Under the pieces are notes generated by a model. That model did not search any database, was not told where the DNA came from, and saw only the letters and a program-made list of their open reading frames with translations. A stretch of DNA of 59,282 bases from a virus (taxonomy: Duplodnaviria > Caudoviricetes). Made by a program: the position numbers and the translations under genes. Below, piece after piece: positions 18,183 to 27,581 of this stretch. The stretch spans positions 1-59,282 of the IMG/VR virus record IMGVR_UViG_3300047560_000851; one strand, 5' to 3'. Positions within the stretch are counted from its first letter, which is position 1, and every line of letters starts with the position of its first letter.

Positions 18183-18470
18183 ATGGCTATTTTAGGTACA
18201 TTTACGCAACAGCCGCATGAAGTGTTGGATTACGATTTTGATTATTCCGAGTGGATCTCTACAGGCGACACCATTGTAGGTGCCGTAGCTACAGCAGATG
18301 CAGGGATAACATTAGGTTCCACAATCATCGATTCTACGACCCACAAAATTGTTAAGCAATGGGTTTCTGGCGGTACAGACGGTAACGTGTACAAGATTCA
18401 GATTACCGCAACGACAGCAGGTGGTCGAGTAAAAGAGATCGAATTCAAGGTTAAAGTTCGGGAATTCTAA
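18183..18470 (+). CDS. Small virion protein (tail/fibre adaptor family)
   Basis: Q.P.EVLDYDFDYSEW...WVSGGT.G..Y...T..GR. Confidence 0.7.
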   Translation: MAILGTFTQQPHEVLDYDFDYSEWISTGDTIVGAVATADAGITLGSTIIDSTTHKIVKQWVSGGTDGNVYKIQITATTAGGRVKEIEFKVKVREF

Positions 18471-19852
18471 TGGCTAAACAACTATACACCAATAATGCGG
18501 ATTCTACGGTTGTAGGAAGTTTAACGACTTCCAGTACAACTATAGTTCTGGCTACGAGTACAGGTAGTAGATTCCCTGTCATTTCTGGCTCGGACTACTT
18601 CTTAGTTACTCTGTATGAGATAGACTCCACTGGTGTAGAGATTAACTACGAGATCGTACAAGTAACAGCGCGATCAACCGATACATTGACTGTAGTTCGC
18701 GGGTTCGACGACACAACGCCATTAGCTTATCCTAGCAGCGTAGCTGTAAACCCATCACAGGTTGTGCACGTTTCATTACGTTGGACTGCATACCCTGCGA
18801 ACAATTCACTATCAAAAGATGACAATCTAGCAAGCGTACAAAGTGCTTCAACAGCGCGGACTAACCTTGGACTAGGAACAATATCAACTCAAAACGCATC
18901 AAGCGTGGCGATTTCTGGTGGCGCGATCAACGGAACACAGATAGGTAATACTACCAGAGCCGCTATATCTGCAACATTAGAACTTGTTGGTCCAGTAGAT
19001 TCTGCAAATTTCACGCGATTCCCGAACGCATTAAGCGTTACTTCTAACATTCCTCTTGGAATTCAGCAGAACGAGATCCATAATATTGGCGTATTAGGTG
19101 AAGGTGTTGCAAGTCTTGGCGCTGGCGATGCTTGGGGTGTTGGTGTTTATGGTAAAGCGTACACATCTAACAATACAATAGGCGGTGCCAAGTCTTATGG
19201 CGTGGTTGGCGAAGGTCATGTAAGCGCTACGACGGATGCTATGACTGCTGTTGGCGTAAAAGGTTACGCCTTGGATACCCATTCAGGTGGCGCTAACGTC
19301 GGTTTGTACGGTTATGCAGCTAATGGTGCAACAAATTATGCGTTGTACATGGAAGCAGGTGACATTTACGCACTAACAGCGCAGACATGGACATTGGGTG
19401 GGAATCTAACATTCAGTGGCGCGCACACTGTAACTATCCCAACACTAGCATTGACTAACGCTTTGAGTATCGCTAACGGCGGTACAGGAGCAACTACAGC
19501 TGCAGGCGCAAGAACAAACCTTGGAGTAGCTGCATCAGGCTCTGATACTACTTATGCATTTAGAAGCAATAACTTATCAGACTTGGCAAGTGTCTCTACA
19601 GCTAGAACAAACCTTGGGGTTACGGCAACAGGTGCGGACACAACTTATGCGTTCCGAAGCAATAACTTATCAGATCTAGCATCAGTTTCAACAGCAAGAA
19701 CAAACCTTGGGGTTACGGCAACAGGTGCGGATACTACTTACATGTACAGAAGTAACAATTTGTCCGATGTAGCATCAGTTTCTGCAGCACAAAATAATTT
19801 ACAAGTAGACCCGGCAGGCACTGCGGTCGCAATGAGTATCGCGTTAGGATAA
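18470..19852 (+). CDS. Tail fibre protein
   Basis: N-terminal NNA.ST anchor, EIV.VTARS.DTLTV.RG, GV.G beta repeats, ARTNLG repeats. Confidence 0.8.
   Translation: MAKQLYTNNADSTVVGSLTTSSTTIVLATSTGSRFPVISGSDYFLVTLYEIDSTGVEINYEIVQVTARSTDTLTVVRGFDDTTPLAYPSSVAVNPSQVVHVSLRWTAYPANNSLSKDDNLASVQSASTARTNLGLGTISTQNASSVAISGGAINGTQIGNTTRAAISATLELVGPVDSANFTRFPNALSVTSNIPLGIQQNEIHNIGVLGEGVASLGAGDAWGVGVYGKAYTSNNTIGGAKSYGVVGEGHVSATTDAMTAVGVKGYALDTHSGGANVGLYGYAANGATNYALYMEAGDIYALTAQTWTLGGNLTFSGAHTVTIPTLALTNALSIANGGTGATTAAGARTNLGVAASGSDTTYAFRSNNLSDLASVSTARTNLGVTATGADTTYAFRSNNLSDLASVSTARTNLGVTATGADTTYMYRSNNLSDVASVSAAQNNLQVDPAGTAVAMSIALG
19508..19786 (+). repeat. Three tandem 93-bp (31-aa) repeats in the fibre shaft
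   Basis: ARTNLGV.A.G.DTTY..RSNNLSD.ASVS. x3. Confidence 0.85.
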
Positions 19853-19855
19853 AAT

Positions 19856-20185
19856 ATGGCAACTAATACATTCAAATCATATGCAAGCAAAAACGTAGGC
19901 ACCTCGGCGGCTACCGTATATACATGCCCGTCTTCGACACAGACTACGTTGATTGGCTTATCTATGGCTAATACATCGACGAGTCCTATTACAACAGATG
20001 CATATGTGACGCGTTCTGCCGTCAACTACTATTTAATCAAAGGCGCTACTATTCCAACAGGCGGTACTTTGGTAATCGTTGGCGGAGATCAAAAAGTAGT
20101 TTTACAACCCGCAGATGTGCTATATGTGGTAAACTCTGCTGCAACATCAGGTGATTGTTTTGCTTCATTGTTAGAGATTGCATAA
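19856..20185 (+). CDS. Small tail/fibre assembly protein
   Basis: VYTCP....T.IGLSMAN...GGDQKVVL...S.LEI; recurrent ahead of fibre genes. Confidence 0.65.
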   Translation: MATNTFKSYASKNVGTSAATVYTCPSSTQTTLIGLSMANTSTSPITTDAYVTRSAVNYYLIKGATIPTGGTLVIVGGDQKVVLQPADVLYVVNSAATSGDCFASLLEIA

Positions 20186-20186
20186 T

Positions 20187-21989
20187 ATGTCATACATTGG
20201 GAATACAGCACAAAATCAGAGCTTTACTCCAGCCGTTGATTATTTCAATGGTGATGGGTCTACGACCGCATTTACGCTAAGTCGTCCTGTTGCGTCAGTG
20301 ATGCAAATTGAGGCTGTGATTGAAAACGTAGTTCAGAACCCGAGTTCAGCGTACACAGTATCTGGCAATACAATTACATTTACCAGCGCACCTCCTAGTG
20401 GAACCAACAACATTTATGTCCGTTATACTAGCCCAATCACATCTGTAGCTGCGCTACCAAAAGACCCGGAAATCGTAGGCAACTTACGCATTAGTTCCAC
20501 AGCAGCGCGTATTACTGGTGACTTTAGTAATGCTACAGTTGCTAATCGTGTAATGTTTCAAAGCAGCACTACAAATGGAAACACAAGAGTGATTGCTATA
20601 CCAAATGGATCTTCAACTGGGGCTAGTTTTGCTGCATTTAATAGTTCAGGAGCTACTAATGCTTCTGTTATACAAATTGACATTAGCAGTACAGAAGCTT
20701 CATTACAGTCTAATATTATTGGTACAGGCACATACTTACCAATTACATTCTACACTGGTGGCTCTGAGCGCATTAGAATTGACACTAGTGGTAATGTAGG
20801 GATTGGTACAAGTAGTCCTATAGCAAATACAAATCAAACAAGAATCACAACAAACGGCACTTCTGCTAGTGGTTTAAGCATGATGGTTGGTGGCACAAAT
20901 ACAGCATTTTGTATTACATCTTCTGCATCAATGTTTGTAGGAAGTGTTACTAGCATTCCGATAATTTTATCAACAAATGATACAGAACGTATGCGTATCG
21001 ACTCCTCTGGGAACGTAGGGATTGGCACAAGTAGCCCTAGTTATAAATTAAGCGTTTGGACAGCAGGAACAGGAACAACACAGGCAAGTAACAACATTGC
21101 TCAATTTTATTCCAATGGTAATGGATATGATGCAAGTATTCGTTTTGGAGATAATAATAATTCAGCGTCTGTAATTGGATATTTATCTGGCGCACAGTAT
21201 TTTTCTACTGGCGGTTCAGAACGTATGCGTATTGATTCTAGTGGTAATGTGGGGATTGGTACAAGTAGCCTTTCAAGCAGACTGCATATAGATGGGGGTT
21301 CAAACTATTCTGCAACATCAATGAATTCTTCTAGTACTACGGGTACATTATGTCAATTTACTAATACCACAACAGGAACTCTTTGGAATATTGGCTTATC
21401 TGGGTCAGGTGCAGCAGTCGGTCCGGCAGGTGCTTTTATTATTCGAGATAGTAATGCAGGTACTACCCGTTTTATGATTGATGTTAGTGGTAATCTTGCA
21501 ATGGGTACTACAACCGTAACATCAGGGTTTAAACTTACATTAGACCACCCAAACCAAGGCGGTATAGTTTATAACTATAACGGAACATCGACTCAGCAAG
21601 CATGTAGGTTCGTAAATGGTAACGGTACTGTAGGTCATATCGATACAAATGGGTCTGCAACATCATATGTAACTTCATCTGACTATCGATTAAAAGAAGA
21701 AGTAGCGCCAATGACAGGAGCTTTAGATAAGGTTGCATTACTTAAACCCGTAACATACAAATGGAAAGTAGATGGTTCTGCCGGCGAAGGTTTTATTGCT
21801 CATGAGTTAGCTGAAGTATGCCCACAAGCGGTTGTTGGTGAAAAAGATGCGGTAGATGAAGAAGGTAATCCACAATATCAAGGCATTGACACATCATTCT
21901 TAGTAGCTACTCTCACAGCAGCAATACAGGAGCTTAAAGCTATCGTAGACGCACAAGCAGAACGCATCGCAGTATTGGAAGGTAAATAA
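20187..21989 (+). CDS. Tail fibre 1 with C-terminal peptidase S74 intramolecular chaperone
   Basis: MSYIGN N-terminus, ERMRIDSSGNVGIGT repeats, SDYRLKE...GFIAHEL...AAIQEL. Confidence 0.88.
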   Translation: MSYIGNTAQNQSFTPAVDYFNGDGSTTAFTLSRPVASVMQIEAVIENVVQNPSSAYTVSGNTITFTSAPPSGTNNIYVRYTSPITSVAALPKDPEIVGNLRISSTAARITGDFSNATVANRVMFQSSTTNGNTRVIAIPNGSSTGASFAAFNSSGATNASVIQIDISSTEASLQSNIIGTGTYLPITFYTGGSERIRIDTSGNVGIGTSSPIANTNQTRITTNGTSASGLSMMVGGTNTAFCITSSASMFVGSVTSIPIILSTNDTERMRIDSSGNVGIGTSSPSYKLSVWTAGTGTTQASNNIAQFYSNGNGYDASIRFGDNNNSASVIGYLSGAQYFSTGGSERMRIDSSGNVGIGTSSLSSRLHIDGGSNYSATSMNSSSTTGTLCQFTNTTTGTLWNIGLSGSGAAVGPAGAFIIRDSNAGTTRFMIDVSGNLAMGTTTVTSGFKLTLDHPNQGGIVYNYNGTSTQQACRFVNGNGTVGHIDTNGSATSYVTSSDYRLKEEVAPMTGALDKVALLKPVTYKWKVDGSAGEGFIAHELAEVCPQAVVGEKDAVDEEGNPQYQGIDTSFLVATLTAAIQELKAIVDAQAERIAVLEGK

Positions 21990-23197
21990 TGGCTATCTCT
22001 AAAATCGGCACAAACGGATTAGACCAAACTGGCGACCTTGAGCTTGGCGCAACAGGCAATGTGGGGATTGGTACTGCTTCGCCAGCACAAAAGCTAGATG
22101 TAAATGGCACTATCAGAAACAGAGATGGTAATTATGTAGGCGCTGTTGGAAGCACAAATAACAATGCATTCTATGGTGGAGAAGATTATTTGACTGGTGG
22201 TGGACTCATTATGTACGGGTCTAACCATTCAGGTTCTCCAAATGTAATTAAATTTGTAAATAGTGGTTATACAGAACGTATGCGTATTGATTCCTCTGGT
22301 AGATCCGCAATTTCAACTTCAACAAATGGCGTAACAATAGATGCTTATGCTGCTTTAAAGGTTGAAAATTCACTCGGAACAACTACAGGAAATCCTTGGG
22401 AAAACAGTGTATTAACAGTTAAAGGCGCTGCAGCTATGGCGCAAGGTGTTGGTGGGCTTATAAGTTTAGAAGGTAATTACATTACTGCAAATTCTGCTTC
22501 AGCCAACTTTGCATGGATTAAAGGTGCTAAAACAAATGCTACAAGCGGTAACGCAACAGGCGATTTAATTCTAGGCGCTCGTGGCGGCAACATTAGATTT
22601 TCTTTAGATTCCACAAACTCAGGATTGACTAGTGAGTCAATGCGTATTGATTCTAGTGGTAATGTGTTGGTTGGTAAAACAACTACAAGCACTACAACTG
22701 CTGGCGTTCAGCTTATTCCTAATGGCACCGCAGCTTTTACATTTGATACAACAGGTGATGGACCACTTACACAATTTATTGACCCTAATGCTTCAACGCC
22801 AAATGGGTTTCGCTTTTTATCATTTAGATGGGGTGCAAGTCCAACTGAAATTGGAACAATTACAAAAAGCAGTGCAAGTGCTGTTGCATACAACACTACT
22901 TCAGACTATCGCCTAAAAGAAAATGTAACACCAATGACGGGTGCTTTAGACAAAGTAGCACAACTAAAACCTGTTACTTATACATGGAAGGCTGACGGCT
23001 CTGATGGTCAAGGTTTCATTGCTCATGAACTTCAAGCGGTTGTACCTGATTGCGTAACAGGTGAGAAAGATGCTGTAGATGAAGAAGGTAATCCACAATA
23101 TCAAGGCATTGACACATCATTCTTAGTAGCTACTCTCACAGCAGCCATCCAAGAACTATCAGCCAAAGTAGCAGAACTCGAAGCAAAGGTTAAATAA
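21989..23197 (+). CDS. Tail fibre 2 with peptidase S74 chaperone
   Basis: GNVGIGT/ERMRID repeats; SDYRLKE domain. Confidence 0.88.
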   Translation: MAISKIGTNGLDQTGDLELGATGNVGIGTASPAQKLDVNGTIRNRDGNYVGAVGSTNNNAFYGGEDYLTGGGLIMYGSNHSGSPNVIKFVNSGYTERMRIDSSGRSAISTSTNGVTIDAYAALKVENSLGTTTGNPWENSVLTVKGAAAMAQGVGGLISLEGNYITANSASANFAWIKGAKTNATSGNATGDLILGARGGNIRFSLDSTNSGLTSESMRIDSSGNVLVGKTTTSTTTAGVQLIPNGTAAFTFDTTGDGPLTQFIDPNASTPNGFRFLSFRWGASPTEIGTITKSSASAVAYNTTSDYRLKENVTPMTGALDKVAQLKPVTYTWKADGSDGQGFIAHELQAVVPDCVTGEKDAVDEEGNPQYQGIDTSFLVATLTAAIQELSAKVAELEAKVK

Positions 23198-24783
23198 TGT
23201 CATACATCGGCAATCAACCAACCACAACGGCGTTTGTCACTGATACCTTCAGCGGTAACGGCACGACTACAGCTTTTACAATGTCTGTGGCACCAGCTAC
23301 GACCACATCTATTCTGGTCTCGATTACTGGGGTGTTGCAAGATCCTTCGACTTACTCTATCAACGGTACAACACTTACCTTCTCAGCTGCGCCTCCAACT
23401 GGCACAGGCAACATCTCTGTTCGTTACTTAGGCATCCCAGCATCAGGCGTAACAACGACCGCATACAGAACACTGACTGAGTTCACAGCAACGGCAGGAC
23501 AGACAACATTCACACCGCCTTCATACACAGTGGGCTTTATCAATGTCTATCGTAATGGCGTCTTGCTAGGAACTGCAGATTACACAGCCACAAATGGCAC
23601 GACTGTCGTATTGGCGAAAGCAGCCAGCGTAGGCGACTTGGTAACAACAGAGTCATTCTATGTGAGTTCAGTGCTAAATGCGTTGCCAACAACAGGTGGT
23701 ACTCTGAGTGGGAATCTTGCGGTTCAAGGAAGCACCTATGTAACTGGCGATGTAATTGCTGGGTACGGCAACAATGCTGGCGGCGGTGGCGGCTTAATTT
23801 CTCAAGGTTCTGTTACAACAGGCACACTTGGGGCTAATGCAATATTTTTAGACAATGATGGTACAGGGCTTGGTCGTTGGCGTTCATACGGTTCAAATAC
23901 ATCTACCTATGGTGCATTTGTATTCCAAGCTGCTACATCAAATAATACCCAAGCAGAACGTATGCGTATCGACTCCTCTGGTAACGTAGGGATTGGCACA
24001 AGTAGCCCTGCAATGCCAGTTCACGTTGTTAAAAATTGGGTAAGCGGAAAAGCAACTATAGGTGTGCAAACAATAACATCTTTTGCAAGTGGCGGAACTG
24101 CTGGAGTTGGTTTTTTTGATAGCGATGGAACAAGAGGTGGATATCTAAATAGTACATCAGGGGCAATGACTATTGATTCTGGTGTTAGTAATATCATGGC
24201 ATTATATACCAATAATACAGAACGTATGCGTATTGATACTAGTGGTAATGTGTTGGTGGGTCAAAATACAGATCCATTTCCAGGAGCAGGAAATACGATT
24301 ACTGGCATGGGATTAAATGCTTCAGGAAGGGTCGCATTCTCGTGTTCTGGTAGTGTAACAGGTTATTTTAATAGAAATACCAGTGATGGCGTACTAATCT
24401 CAATGAGAAGGCAGGGTACTGAAGTCGGTCACATTGACGTGACAACAACAGCAACAGCATATGTAACATCATCAGACTATCGCCTAAAAGAAAATGTAAC
24501 ACCAATGACAGGCGCATTGGAAAAAGTAGCACAACTAAAACCTGTCACTTATACATGGAAGGCTGACGGCTCTGATGGTCAAGGATTTATTGCACATGAA
24601 CTTCAAGAAGTAGTGCCTGATTGTGTAAGCGGTGAAAAAGATGCGGTAGATGAAGAAGGTAATCCAGAGTATCAAGGCATTGATACTTCATTCCTAGTAG
24701 CTACATTAACAGCAGCAATCCAAGAACAACAAGAACTTATTACCAGCTTAACAGCCCGTATCGAAGCGTTGGAGATTAAATAA
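23197..24783 (+). CDS. Tail fibre 3 with peptidase S74 chaperone
   Basis: MSYIGN N-terminus, ATAGQTTF..VYRNGV.L..DYTATNG domain, SDYRLKE domain. Confidence 0.88.
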   Translation: MSYIGNQPTTTAFVTDTFSGNGTTTAFTMSVAPATTTSILVSITGVLQDPSTYSINGTTLTFSAAPPTGTGNISVRYLGIPASGVTTTAYRTLTEFTATAGQTTFTPPSYTVGFINVYRNGVLLGTADYTATNGTTVVLAKAASVGDLVTTESFYVSSVLNALPTTGGTLSGNLAVQGSTYVTGDVIAGYGNNAGGGGGLISQGSVTTGTLGANAIFLDNDGTGLGRWRSYGSNTSTYGAFVFQAATSNNTQAERMRIDSSGNVGIGTSSPAMPVHVVKNWVSGKATIGVQTITSFASGGTAGVGFFDSDGTRGGYLNSTSGAMTIDSGVSNIMALYTNNTERMRIDTSGNVLVGQNTDPFPGAGNTITGMGLNASGRVAFSCSGSVTGYFNRNTSDGVLISMRRQGTEVGHIDVTTTATAYVTSSDYRLKENVTPMTGALEKVAQLKPVTYTWKADGSDGQGFIAHELQEVVPDCVSGEKDAVDEEGNPEYQGIDTSFLVATLTAAIQEQQELITSLTARIEALEIK

Positions 24784-25802
24784 TGACAAACGCAGTATCA
24801 GTAGCTCAATCAGTCGCATCAGGCGTATCGCTTGGGTTTAAAAACAGAATCATCAATGGTGCGATGATGATTGACCAGCGTAATGCTGGGGCTAGTGTTA
24901 CATCAGCTTCAGGAAATACTTACATTACTGATAGATTCGCAATTAAATCATCTCAGGCATCTAAGTTCACTGGTCAACAAAATGCAGGTGCAGTTACTCC
25001 ACCATCAAACTTTAAAAATTATCTTGGAATAACATCAAGCTCTACTTATTCTGTTTTATCAAGCGATTACTTTATTTTGTATCAAGGTATAGAGGGTTTA
25101 AATAGTGCTGATTTAGGTTGGGGAACAGCAAATGCCTCCCCAGTAACATTATCTTTTTGGGTACGTAGTTCATTAACTGGAACATTTGGTGGCGCTCTTA
25201 GGAATGATGCAGGAAATCGTAGCTATCCCTATACTTACACAATTTCATCTGCAAATACTTGGGAATATAAAACAATCAGTATTCCTGGAGATACAACAGG
25301 GTCATGGTTGACCAATAATACTACAGGAATTGAAGTTGGATTTGGTCTAGGTGTTGGCTCTACCTATAGCGGTACTGCTGGTTCTTGGGCGGCTTCAAAC
25401 TATCTTTCAGCCACAGGCGCAACATCAGTAGTCGGCACTAATGGTGCTACCTTCTACATCACAGGCGTACAGCTTGAAGTCGGCACAACAGCAACTAACT
25501 TTGATTACAGACCTTATGGTACAGAGTTTGCACTTTGCCAGCGTTATTACTACAAACGAAATACAACAGCTCAAACACTTATGTTGCGTACAGATGGTAT
25601 TCGTTGGTTGACAGTTTATATGCCAGTTGAAATGAGAGCTACACCAACGCTAAGTTATACATATAACGCAGACGGTTCAGGCACTACAGGTACTGAAGCA
25701 AATGTATGCTCTACATCGTTTGACTTGCGTTCTGCAACGTCTGCTGGAACAGGCGCATCAAATCCATACTTTACAAATGTAACTGCTTCAGCGGAGTTAT
25801 AA
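24783..25802 (+). CDS. Putative receptor-binding protein A (GFKNRIING family, carbohydrate-binding-like)
   Basis: KNRIING.M.IDQRN, TLSFWV, ITGVQLE.G..AT.F..RPYG.E..LCQRYY. Confidence 0.75.
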   Translation: MTNAVSVAQSVASGVSLGFKNRIINGAMMIDQRNAGASVTSASGNTYITDRFAIKSSQASKFTGQQNAGAVTPPSNFKNYLGITSSSTYSVLSSDYFILYQGIEGLNSADLGWGTANASPVTLSFWVRSSLTGTFGGALRNDAGNRSYPYTYTISSANTWEYKTISIPGDTTGSWLTNNTTGIEVGFGLGVGSTYSGTAGSWAASNYLSATGATSVVGTNGATFYITGVQLEVGTTATNFDYRPYGTEFALCQRYYYKRNTTAQTLMLRTDGIRWLTVYMPVEMRATPTLSYTYNADGSGTTGTEANVCSTSFDLRSATSAGTGASNPYFTNVTASAEL

Positions 25803-25803
25803 A

Positions 25804-25968
25804 ATGTATAAATTGATTAAAGATTTTTACACAAAAGAAGAAGTTGGAGTGTCAAAAAGTGGATACGCAAATTTTATCCCATTCGACCCAGCTAACACAG
25901 ACTACCAAGCCTACCTAGCGTGGCTAGAAGAGGGCAATGAATCGATCCCAGCAGAGGAAACAGCATGA
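25804..25968 (+). CDS. Small partner/chaperone of RBP A
   Basis: Hand-translated 54 aa with [21 protein letters not shown]. Confidence 0.75.
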   Translation: MYKLIKDFYTKEEVGVSKSGYANFIPFDPANTDYQAYLAWLEEGNESIPAEETA

Positions 25969-27062
25969 GCTTAACAACCGTAGACGCAGGGCTACTAAAT
26001 ACCCAAGCACAATACACAGGCTTCAAGAATCGTATTATTAACGGTACGATGCAAATTGACCAGCGTAATGCTGGTGCTAGTGTTACTCCTGCTAATGGTG
26101 CTTATACATTAGACAGATGGGGTGTTTATCAATTTTCTAGTGCATCTAAATTTTCAGTATATCAAAACGCAAATTCTACAGCTAGTTATGTTGCAACAGG
26201 ACAATATTATAGTTTAGGAGTGACATCATTATCTTCATATTCAGTTGGGGTTAGTGATATTTATGCTATTTTTCAACGTATTGAAGGATATAATGTAGCA
26301 GATTTAGCTTGGGGAACATCAGCAGCAAAAACAGTAACATTATCTTTTTGGGTATATAGTTCATTGACAGGAACTTTTGGCGGGGCATTTCAAAATGATG
26401 CTGGAGATAGAGCTTACCCATTTACTTATACAATTAGTGCTGCTAATACTTGGGAACAAAAATCAATTACAGTAGCTGGTGATACAACAGGAACATGGTT
26501 AAAAACTAATGGCTCTGGTTTACAAATTACTTTTGGTTTAGGTGTAGGTTCTAATAGAAGTGCAACTGCTGGTTCATGGCAAGCTGGTAATTATGGTTCA
26601 GCTACTGGTGCAACATCTGTAGTCGGCACAAACGGTGCTACCTTCTACATCACAGGCGTTCAACTAGAAAAAGGCTCTACAGCTACATCATTTGACTATA
26701 GACCTTATGGTACAGAATTAGCTTTGTGTCAAAGGTATTACCAACAATCATATTCTCAAGGAACTGTTGCTGGAGCTACTACACCAATAGGTTCTATACA
26801 ATATGGTTCTACATCAACTAATGCAAATGCAAACTATTTTCCAATACGTTTTGTATGCAGCATGAGGTCTTCTCCAACCATAACACTTTATAGCACTGTA
26901 ACTGGGGCATCAGGAAAAATAAGAAATTATAGTACAACTGCAGATTTAAATGCTGCAACTTTTGATGGTGGAGATTCTGGAACTTTTATTCAAGTTGCTA
27001 CAGCTCCTGCTGGTACAGGGCAACAACTTCAAGCGCAATATATAGCAGTGAGTGAGTTATGA
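25965..27062 (+). CDS. Putative receptor-binding protein B (paralog of RBP A)
   Basis: Same conserved blocks as 24783..25802. Confidence 0.75.
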   Translation: MSLTTVDAGLLNTQAQYTGFKNRIINGTMQIDQRNAGASVTPANGAYTLDRWGVYQFSSASKFSVYQNANSTASYVATGQYYSLGVTSLSSYSVGVSDIYAIFQRIEGYNVADLAWGTSAAKTVTLSFWVYSSLTGTFGGAFQNDAGDRAYPFTYTISAANTWEQKSITVAGDTTGTWLKTNGSGLQITFGLGVGSNRSATAGSWQAGNYGSATGATSVVGTNGATFYITGVQLEKGSTATSFDYRPYGTELALCQRYYQQSYSQGTVAGATTPIGSIQYGSTSTNANANYFPIRFVCSMRSSPTITLYSTVTGASGKIRNYSTTADLNAATFDGGDSGTFIQVATAPAGTGQQLQAQYIAVSEL

Positions 27063-27232
27063 TAGAAAATAATTATCAATACTTGATAGATTCATTAGGT
27101 AAAATATCTAATATAAGCATTCGTAGATTATCAGACAATGCTTGTATCCCATTCGACCCAGCCAATACAGACTACCAAGCATATCTAGCATGGCTTGATG
27201 AAGGCAATCAACCAGAACCTGCGGATAAATAA
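27059..27232 (+). CDS. Small partner/chaperone of RBP B
   Basis: Hand-translated 57 aa with [21 protein letters not shown]. Confidence 0.75.
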   Translation: MIENNYQYLIDSLGKISNISIRRLSDNACIPFDPANTDYQAYLAWLDEGNQPEPADK

Positions 27233-27282
27233 GGGTGATTAGCCTGCCCACTCAGGCTATAAATTAAATAGGAGAAACTACG

Positions 27283-27489
27283 ATGGCTGAACAAAAAAAG
27301 ACCCCAATCGTAATCGACGACGTTGAGTATGTTTTTGAAGACATGACACCGGAACAACAACTGCTTGTTAATCATGTAGCGGATTTAGACCGTAAGATTG
27401 CATCAAGTCAGTTTAATCTAGATCAACTTCAAGTTGGTAAAGACGCTTTTGTTCAACGTTTAAAAGCCGCGTTGACCGCGACAGAGTAA
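27283..27489 (+). CDS. Small coiled-coil tail-region protein
   Basis: RBS TAGGAG; IDDVEY..EDMT.EQ..LVNHVADLDRK. Confidence 0.75.
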   Translation: MAEQKKTPIVIDDVEYVFEDMTPEQQLLVNHVADLDRKIASSQFNLDQLQVGKDAFVQRLKAALTATE

Positions 27490-27581
27490 TATATGTTTGG
27501 TATCAGCGCTATTTTACTGCGATAATGCGGGTAGTTGCTGATACCATCATTCAATTAATAAATAGTATTTCGAGGACGTAA

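Noticed and set aside
24783-27062. Diversity-generating retroelement (TR/VR pair) among fibre paralogs
   Set aside because: No reverse transcriptase. Differences between repeats are mostly synonymous and not restricted to adenines.
20187-27232. Invertible shufflon of tail genes
   Set aside because: All cassettes are on the same strand; no recombinase or inverted crossover sites seen.
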